This document shows positions 54,740 to 64,000 of a stretch of DNA of 64,000 bases, piece by piece. Both the position numbers and the translations under genes were made by a program. Under the pieces are notes generated by a model. The model ran no database searches, had not been told where the DNA came from, and worked only from the letters and a program-made list of their open reading frames with translations. Source of the DNA: Octopus sinensis (lineage: Eukaryota); contig NC_042998.1 in assembly GCF_006345805.1 (NCBI RefSeq), positions 18,538,001 through 18,602,000 on the forward strand. The letters are read 5' to 3'. Position 1 is the stretch's first letter, and the number at the start of each line of letters is the position of its first letter.

Positions 54740-55900
54740 AAAAGCAGGAGATGGATTTCGTATTAGACTTTTATTATGATAACAATGACCACGAATATAC
54801 TGAATATAAGCAATTCATCTAGCGATCGCTAAACACAAGCAAGCAAAACAACCATCATGTTATCCTCATGCAGAGACAGATCCAAATGTCCCTTGGACAA
54901 TCATTGCATGATCAGAAATTTCGTGTATAATTGCACAGTACAAACTAGAGCAGGTTCCTATGTATATATCGGTTTATCGGCCGATATTTTTAAAAATCGA
55001 TATCGTAACCACATTACCGGTTTTCGGAAAATCCTTGAACGGCATGTAATATCAGTAGCTAATTTTTATCTGGGAGTTCAATGAAGAGAAGGCAAAATAT
55101 CACCTAACCTTGTCCATTATTAGACACGCGAGTTCCTATAACACATTATCCCTGAAATGCCATCTATGTCCCGTAGAGTCAATTTCAATATTGTTAACAA
55201 CGGAACGCATTATACAATTTACGGAACAATTGCCCAGATGCGTGCATACAGTTAAAGACACATTCACATACTACAATCTATGCCATGCCTAACTAAAGCA
55301 AACCTAATACCAACAATCCGGATTAAAACCGCTGAGTTTAAACCTCATATACGAAAACAGAACAATATCTGAATAACATGATATAGGCATGAAACTTTAC
55401 AATCCACAAGTGTACACGTATATATGTATATGTATCTATATATGTATGTACATAGGTATCTATACGTATTTGTATGCCACACAACACATCACATTTCAAC
55501 ACGCTACCACGCACACATCAGCACTGACCACTTCCCAGACCTACATTTTAACACCTACACATACACACACGCACACGTCAATATCACCAGCCCTCTTCCA
55601 CACGCACATACAAACTCTCTTATACACACACACGCACCTTCGTTTTGGGATCACAACTACTTTATTATCTCCCCTTCTCCCGAGCTCTGCTGTGTGACTC
55701 TTCTGTCCGGCGTTCGCCATGATAGATCACTAGCCACTACACATTCTTTATGTGCTCTCCTTGTTTCTGTTCTTTTCTGAGGAAGAGCGTAGGCTTGAAA
55801 CGTTAAAAACTTGTTCACTTCCCGAGCGTTGTACTAATACATCTGTTTGTTGTCCACACCAAATGTCTTCGTTTTTTTGTTTGTTTGTGATATCTCCCCT
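54740..55900 (+). mobile_element. 5'-truncated Penelope-like element: GIY-YIG fragment, AC-rich UTR and P2 terminal repeat
   Basis: ORF 54857-55084 reads SCRDRSKCPLDNHCMIRNFVYNCTVQT...YVYIGLSADIFKNRYRNH, then SIIRHASSYNTLSLKCHLC. The terminal repeat at ~55715-55900 runs into (TA)n. Confidence 0.9.
55773..55808 (+). ncRNA. Minimal type-I hammerhead motif (P2)
   Basis: UUUU-CUGAGGA-A-GAGC[GUAG]GCUU-GAAAC-GUU-AAAA: canonical core, one extra A before stem II, palindromic ACGU stem III. Confidence 0.75.
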
Positions 55901-55933
55901 ATATATATATATGTGTGTGTGCATATATATATA

Positions 55934-56011
<78 letters not shown>

Positions 56012-56514
56012 TTTGTATATGTGTTTATGCATGCGCATGTATGTTAGGAAAGAAAAGAAGATGAAAGGAAGAAAGTCAGAAAGAATCCAACAATCAAAGA
56101 AAAAAGAGAACGAAAGCGTGCAGCTTTCAGTTTATCGAATAACAAACGACATACTTTGTATTATTACCTGTCATTTGTATTTTCTAAAATTTCCGAGCTC
56201 TACTATGAATCATTGGGTTAGCATATTTCTACGCCGAACTGCTTACAAGTAAGCATCTAGACAATTGTACTTGTACTTGGTTAGATTTGATGCACTTGAT
56301 CTGGGTATATCAATTTCATATCAAAATACTATTAAACATACTGAAATAATTCACAAGATAGCTACCACAAAGCAACCACAAAATTGTACTAAATCACAAT
56401 TTTGGCGAGTGATATCAAACATGTGACCCAGAAGAGTTTGAACTCAAAATACTGCAGTAAGAAAATCACTGTATTCCTGTAGTCTATATGTGTTTTATAA
56501 ACGCGGATAATAAT

Positions 56515-56718
56515 GCGGTGATTTGGCAAAATCGTTAGCATGACGAGCGAAATGCAGCATTTCTTCCGCCTTCACGTTCTGGGTTTAAATTTCGCCGAAG
56601 TCCACTTTTCCTTTTACCATTTCAGGGTCGATAAAATAAGTATCAGTTGAACACAGTGGTGGATGTATTTGACTAACTCTCATTCCCAGAAATTGCTGGC
56701 ATTGTGCTAAAAATCTGA
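56515..56718 (+). mobile_element. Diverged SINE family A
   Basis: TGGCAAAATCGTTAGC...TTTCAGGGTCGATAAAATAAGTATCAG. Confidence 0.75.
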
Positions 56719-57561
56719 AATTAATATATGTGCTTAATAAATTGTGGCTTATTTGTCATATGTACTGAAGAAATGTCACATTAGCTTAATGAATATAAAT
56801 CTGTCAGTGTTGAAGTTAACGCCCAGTACATGATTGGCCACGAGAGATGAAGGGCAAACGAAACTCAGCGCGGTTTAAATTCAAAATATTTAGCATCTCA
56901 ACTCCTAAACTGACACCAAATTTGAAAACATATAAGTTACACTAAATTTAGGAAATGTAATGGTATTGAACCAATTAAAGGTTGCAGACACTTGACTGTT
57001 CATATCATTAATTTAAAATGTTACATATATAATAAAATGCTTCCTGAAAATCAGGTTTCCACATTGGATGTTGGAAGTATGGTTAGCTTTTAATTTGCAT
57101 CACATAGTGATATGATTACAGGAAGATATGAGGAAATACTACACTTACAAGCAAACCTATTTACATTGCATTTCTGGTCACCAAATTAGCAGCGAAGTTA
57201 GAGCGTTGGATAAAAAGCCCTGCCGAATTTGATCCGAATATCTGTGTTCTGACAATATTACTGCGACAACTTAGCCTGAAGTATTTTCTGGGTCGTCAGT
57301 AATATAAGAGTCAAGGTTACTAATTCTTTCGTGTGTCTGACTAAATACTAAACTGTAGAGGTTTTTGGATGCCTCGGCTCTTTGCGAAAGATGAGGAAAG
57401 ATACGTCTGCTGAGATCTGCAAACGACTTGACTTTCCTTCAGACCGCATCGTGAGGTGGATGTAATAGACCTAGATAGATGTTTCTTATCTCAAGTGACG
57501 TATCTGACATTCAGAAAACACGCAATCACAAACTTAACTATGAGCGTGAGAGAGGGGATTC

Positions 57562-57592
<31 letters not shown>

Positions 57593-57594
57593 CT

Positions 57595-57673
<79 letters not shown>

Positions 57674-57758
57674 AAGTAGAAGAATTTATCAGTATATACA
57701 CTAACCTCAGATAGATAGATCGATAGATAGATAGATAGATAGAAATATATGTATATAC

Positions 57759-57820
<62 letters not shown>

Positions 57821-58117
57821 GCTTTTGTTAATGTATGTGAGAAAGAGATTGAGAGAGTGTGCATGTGGATGTGTGTTTCTGCATGTGTGTGTGTGCACGT
57901 GTGCCTGTGCGTGTGTATGTGTGTGTTTGCGTGTGTATGCATGTCTGATTTCTACAAAGTTCCCTTTGTATGGAATTCCTCCACGAGATATTGGCCCATG
58001 GGTATAGTAAGTAACAGTTGTCCAAGATACCGCGCCGTGTGACTTGAAGCGAATCCTGGTGGTTGTGATCCCAACGTTTTAACCTCACTACCATAGCTGC
58101 ATCTATCTATCTATCTA

Positions 58118-58174
<57 letters not shown>

Positions 58175-58193
58175 CTCTATATATACATGGATG

Positions 58194-58246
<53 letters not shown>

Positions 58247-58261
58247 GAGAGAGAGAGAGAG

Positions 58262-58490
58262 ATTTCTTTACTACCCACAAGGGGCTAAACACAGAGGGGA
58301 CAAACAAGGACAGACAACTGGATTAAGTCGATTATATCGACACCAGTGCGTAACTGGTACTTAATTTATCGACCCCGAAAGGATGAAAGGCAAAGTCGAC
58401 CTCGGCGAAATTTGAACTCGGAACGTAACGACAGACGAAATACGGCTACGCATTTCGCCGGGAGTGCTAACGTTTCTGCCAGCTCGCCGT
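58262..58490 (-). mobile_element. SINE family A
   Basis: Full reverse copy between (AG)n and (TAGA)n. Confidence 0.9.
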
Positions 58491-58500
58491 ATTTTGGAAT

Positions 58501-58586
<86 letters not shown>

Positions 58587-59131
58587 TGTGTATGTGTGTG
58601 TGAAAGTATTCTGAGTGTGAGCAGACACACACACACATTCAAACACACACACACACACACACACACACCACACATGTCCTTGTTTCATCCAAGTATACAT
58701 GTTACAAGAACACCATAAACGTCACAGTCGTATAAATTATGAATTTAATTTTTAATTCTTTATTTTTAATTCGCCATATATCTACAAACATACTGCACGT
58801 CGATCCGCTGCCATTTCTACCGTCTTTATCTTCTTTTCAATTTTGCTTATGACTCATTTGCTTTTCTAATTCCAAAGAGGTAAAAATGTTCTGGCTTTTT
58901 CCCAGAATATTAGCACTGTAACTATAACTACATCAGTTGCTAAGCTAATACAATTTACACTAGGCGCGTATTATTGTTTCATTATCATAACCTACATGAT
59001 ATTTAACATAATGTTTAGAACATTAAGGAACAGTGAAAAAATGATATAGAATTTTAAGAAAAATATATCCTAAACATTTAAGTTTTGGATTTGGTTTGCA
59101 AGATTTTTTATATGACTTCGTGTGTTGAAGC

Positions 59132-59361
59132 ATATTCTGTTGTGTCTGGGGAAAGTCATTTTCTTTTTGTGCCTTATAATTTAACACACTTACCGGTAAA
59201 ATTTCCACTTACTTCTTATTTTTATTTTCCTAAAATTTTCGTCGCGTCTTGCAACCTTTTCAATAGACTTGACTCAAGAGTCAAGTGGAAATTTTACCGG
59301 TGAGTGTGTTAAATTATAAGGCACAAAAAGAAAATGACTCGCCCCAGACACAACAGAATAT
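59132..59361. mobile_element. MITE with 79-bp TIRs
   Basis: 59132-59210 and 59283-59361 are inverted, 76/79 identical, with a 72-bp spacer. Confidence 0.85.
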
Positions 59362-59539
59362 CCTGAACAAGTATTCGTAATTACAGTTTCATTGAGGTCT
59401 TACACTCCTTAGAGTTACAATATTTGAAGATTTACTAATTATAAATCTTTCGTATAAAGGCCAATGTAAGGTTTTCTATAACAAGGAGAAAATTGTTGCT
59501 TAATATGTCCATTGTTCTCATAAAGTTTCACCGTCTCTC

Positions 59540-59575
<36 letters not shown>

Positions 59576-59590
59576 GTGTATATATATATT

Positions 59591-59803
59591 CAAAATGTGA
59601 CCATTCAAAACGTGACCGCGTGTGTACCGTTGGCGATTTTTTCCTCTGTCTTCCCTTCTCTGGACCTTTCCTTCTCCTATGTTTCCGACGAAGAGCTCCG
59701 CTCGAAACGTTAAACCCTCCTTCTTTCCTGAGCGTCCAATAATACTATATTTGTTCCACGTCCCCTCATTGTGTTTTGTTGTGCTTTCTTGTTTGGATTA
59801 ACT
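59591..59803 (+). mobile_element. PLE terminal repeat family P1 inside (TA)n
   Basis: The most complete P1 copy, with (TA)n on both sides and a short tandem duplication of its start. Confidence 0.85.
59681..59715 (+). ncRNA. Hammerhead-like motif (P1, U4C variant)
   Basis: GUUU-CCGACGA-A-GAGC[UCC]GCUC-GAAAC-GUU-AAAC. Confidence 0.6.
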
Positions 59804-59806
59804 ATG

Positions 59807-59848
<42 letters not shown>

Positions 59849-61397
59849 ATATATATGAGAGAGAGAGTGCAACTTGATAAGAACAATGGACATATTAAGC
59901 AACAGTTTTAAGTATTAAGCAATACTGTATATATACATATATACTGAATATATTAAAACTTAGATATGTTTCGACCAAAGATTGGTCCAGGCCATGTCTA
60001 GCTTAATACAAGCACCTTTCATCAAGTGTTTTCCTCTAGAAGACACTTGCCAAAAGTACCATGCACTGAGACAATATAAGTATAGTGCTCAAGCTGTGTA
60101 GTCGTTATCATTGTATGAACGCATGATAAACATTAATGAGAAAGTAAACCAACTGTAAATTATTTCTAACGGTTCACTTCTGTTATCTTAGGGATATCTC
60201 GAGAAATATATTTTCTAACGAGTCCTTCATTTTATAGAAAGATAGACTTTATGATTGCTCTTTCTAGCAGATCAAGTGACAACGGAAAGTCACATATGCG
60301 AAGATATACGGATGTTAAATGATTATTGACAAGGACGTCTGGTCATAAGTGGCAACTAAAAACCAATTTAGACTGTGGCTCTATTGTTTTAAGTATCAAT
60401 AATGACATTTCGGACAAAAACATTTTATGTAGCAGCTAATTCTACTTTTGAATAAGTGTTATAGGCATAACTTGTCATCCAGTTTAAAGTCACTCTTCCA
60501 GTCGGCATGTAAGCCTCTGCATGACTTGTACACGAAAGTAGTCAAGATTTCCTAGCATGACACGCTACCACCTTTTGCATTTTTTTTTAATTCTCGTTCA
60601 TCCCTCGGTACTAACTCTTATATATTTACGAATATTTTCTTTGCATATTTGTATCATTTTTTCAGCAGATAGTAACATTTCATTACAGTCATCGATCAAT
60701 GAAAATGATGCTTGAGTTAAAGCAGCGGACATCTACCTCTTTTTTAAATAAAGTTAAGACATATTGTTGCATTGTTCTTGTGTGAACGCCTTTAATCATA
60801 AGCATTTTCGGTCAGCAATAACTTGGCTCTAAACAACAATACTTTCGCCTATTTCGACACATTTCCTCCAGGTTCGTTCGCGTCCTTGATACAAGAGGAA
60901 TGTATCTTTCTACGTTTATGCTTTATTCTACCCATATTGATCAGCATAAATTTATGCTAGGTATTGATCCCATAAATATGAGCAGTTTCGTATCGGGTGT
61001 TAATTAAAAAAATTTTTTTTTTTAATAACCAATAGGTAAAAAACATTATTTCGCCTGGTTGAGACAGTCATGAAAAGAAGCATAAAAACAGGTAGGCATT
61101 CATAGTTACATACACCAGTGGCATGGCCGGTTCCACAGTCATGATATTACATGAGAAGATCGAGTTTGTAACTTAACTTTATCCTCTAATTATTTCCTGT
61201 ACAATTTAAGTCGATGAACACTTCATCTGCACACTGCTTTAAAAGATAACAGTTTGCCGTTGCAAAAATCCTCTAAGACTCGGAGAAAGCAATCCGTTGA
61301 AAGCTGGTGACATTTTTATGAAACAGCATCTAAATTGTGAGAATATCGGCAATTCAAATTTTTAATATCACCTCTACTTGAGTGGTGCATCGGCTCC

Positions 61398-61450
<53 letters not shown>

Positions 61451-62246
61451 CACTCACTCATTCTGTAACAAATCTTTGTTATAGTGACGTGTAATAGTTC
61501 TTTAAAATTAGAAGGTAAACACTTAAGCAGAATTTCAAAAACGGGTCTCATAAAATAATGTTTAATTCGTTATTTGTGTAATGCTACTGGTAGCAAAATT
61601 ATTTCGCTTAATATGCGTGAAATGATTGAAAACAAATTTCAAAGGATAATATCACTGAGAAAAGAAGATATTAATGAAATTTTCTGCAGATAATTGATTT
61701 ATTTCATACACAGAAAGCGAACTGTAGCGAAGAGATATGACAAGGGAAGTCGTACCAAACAAATATCTCAGTTTAATTGCAGCGCCAAGCATTGCATTAA
61801 ATTCTCAGAAGATTCATTATAGTATGACATCACACACGTCACATTCTACCTACCTCGCAGTATCCATTAGCCCCAATATAAATACGTGAATCGATCGATT
61901 CTATTTGATTATTTCAATTACACTTTATGTTATGATATCGTTCATACACCATATAAGGTTTTATTTGCCTACCAATGCATATATGCTTCTGCGTATGAAC
62001 GCATGATATTCTCCAATCAATATGTAGATATATATATATACAAAGCCACCTAATTAAATTTCAAATTTGCACACTACAGACATCAGTCCCTCTTAAAAAT
62101 GATCCTTTTTCACTTACATTAAAAGTTCAAAGCCCAACGTTACTGTATTTCATCTAGATGCACACACATCATTTTCTGTTATCTTTGAGAAATAACACAT
62201 CTTCTATACAGGGTAATGCATGCACGTACATACCAGCGCATGCGTA

Positions 62247-63460
62247 CAGGGGCTGGACAAAATGGAAACGCCTTAAAATTTCAAACAAATTTATTTTAAT
62301 GATGTAGGACCGCCTATGGCAGTAATTACAGCTTGAATTCTACAAGGTATGGACTCGTACAAAGTTTGAAATTTTTCGATAGGGATTTTTGTCCATTCTT
62401 CGGTTAAAGCTGTCTCCAGCTCTTGAAAATGATGATGGTGGAGGATATGAACGCCTTACTTGTTTTTCTAAAATGCACCATAAATGTTCAATAATATTGA
62501 GATCTGGGGATCGTAGTGGCCAGATAAGATGTTCAACTTCACTTGAATGCTCCTCGTGCAATTTAGTAACAACTTTAGCTGTGTGAACTGGTGCATTATC
62601 ATCCTGAAAGGTTGCGTTTCCCTCCGAAAACAGTTCCACAAACATAAGATGAATTTGATCAGATAAAATGCTTAAATAGTCTTGACTATTAGTTCTGCCA
62701 TGAAAGGAAAACCATTAGGCCAGCGGATTTCCAAGATATACCCACCCAACAGATCATCACAGATCCTCCTCCATGTTGAACAGTTGGAAGAAAGCCGACT
62801 GGGTCAAATGCTTCTTTTGGCTGTCTCCACACGTATTCTCGGCCGGTGGTCGGAAATAAGGTAAATGATGACTCGCCCAAGAAAATAATATTCTTCCACT
62901 GCTCTGTAGGTTTTTACTCCACTCTAAACGCTTTACAACGTTTGTTTTTAAATGTAGTGGATTTCTGATTGCAGCCCTCCCGTGAAATCAGGCTTTGTGC
63001 AGCCCCCGGCGAACAGTTTTTGTGGAAACTGGATTCCCAAGGTGGCCATTAAGCTTTGTATTAATTTTGGGAGCTGGACGTTTGTGACCCATTCTAACAA
63101 TTCGCGTAAGAGTCCGCCGGTCCCAATCTGGGAGTTTTGATTTTCTTCCGGAGTTTTGTTTTGACGAGGGTTTTTTTCCCTCTTTTTCAAAGGCTGTCAT
63201 TAGTTTTGAGGCAGTGCTTCTTTCCAAACATTTCCGCTCTTTGCGTTACACTACCGCTTGCCATATGAGCACCAACAATTTTAATGAATTTTAATTATCT
63301 TTTTCTGATGATATCTGAAAAGAAACAGCAGTTTTAGCAAAACATATTCAGCAACACTAATAATAAATCAAAAAACTTAAAATAAACATGTTTTTGACGG
63401 TCGTATTTCAAGATTATGATACTTGATGCTAGGTGTTTCCATTATTTTGTCCAACCCCTA
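62247..63460 (-). mobile_element. Full-length, frameshifted Tc1-type transposon with DD36E spacing (Incomer-like)
   Basis: ~27-30-bp TIRs (CAGGGGCTGGACAAAAT-GGAAACGCCT / reverse complement TAGGGGTTGGACAAAATAATGGAAACACCT), TA on both sides, 1214 bp. Transposase pieces: 62988-63227 (HTH, GRKSKL..DRR), 62689-62880 (PTVQHGGGSVM), 62340-62645 (FQDDNAPVH...SPDLNIIE). Confidence 0.92.
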
Positions 63461-63897
63461 TATATGTTATCACGTTAATGCATTTGTGTATGAGAATCAC
63501 GTTCTTTTATCATTTAAATCTATTTTTCAAGCAATGTGAAATAACTGTGGTTGGAAATACCAAGTATTTCAGCGAGAAAAGACAAAAATAAGAAAATCTT
63601 TTTGCCTGTATAAGGAGGCACTTTATACTAGAGGAAAGCGATAACATTAACGATTGATATTGGAAAGAAGCTACCTTCTCGTAATATATTTTCAGACAAA
63701 ACCGAAATTGAGAAGAAAAGTTTTTAAAGACGATCCGAAGCATTGTTATGTTTCTAACACATCGTGTTCTCTAAGAAAGTACCCACTAATAGGGTAAAAT
63801 ATTTATTTGTGTAAACCAAAATCTAGGGTATGCATGAGTACCGCTGTTGTCATCTTAGTTTTTGTTCTTGTTATTCAGTTCCACGTTATACCTTGTT

Positions 63898-64000
63898 GGG
63901 TGGAGGCGCAATGGCCCAGTGGTTAGGGCAGCGGACTCGCGGTCATAGGATCGCGGTTTAGATTCCCAGACCGGGCGTTGTGAGTGTTTATTGAGCGAAA
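63898..64000 (+). mobile_element. SINE family C head, cut by the window end
   Basis: Nearly identical to the heads at 30038 and 52672. Confidence 0.9.

Overview
AT-rich, repeat-dominated eukaryotic DNA. The SINE families and microsatellite load suggest an octopod cephalopod, which is my inference from repeat content. No complete protein-coding gene can be read with confidence, and most of the ORF track is microsatellite artefact. Identifiable content: (1) three tRNA-derived SINE families (>25 copies, several with target-site duplications), one of which appears with four different 3' tails; (2) Penelope-like elements (PLEs), including RT-thumb and GIY-YIG fragments and three distinct terminal-repeat families, each carrying a minimal type-I hammerhead ribozyme motif, one pair forming inverted ends around a 2-kb non-coding, C-depleted, internally repetitive body; (3) decayed CR1/L2-group and R4-clade LINE fragments; (4) a full-length but broken 1.2-kb Tc1-type transposon with DD36E spacing, a mariner-derived 568-bp foldback, two MITEs and two Helitron/Helentron-like non-autonomous pieces; (5) kb-scale (TA)n tracts. 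A low-confidence set of plus-strand exon candidates (20-41 kb) may belong to an unnamed single-pass membrane protein gene or pseudogene. Homopolymer noise in repeats suggests that some indels could be long-read assembly errors.
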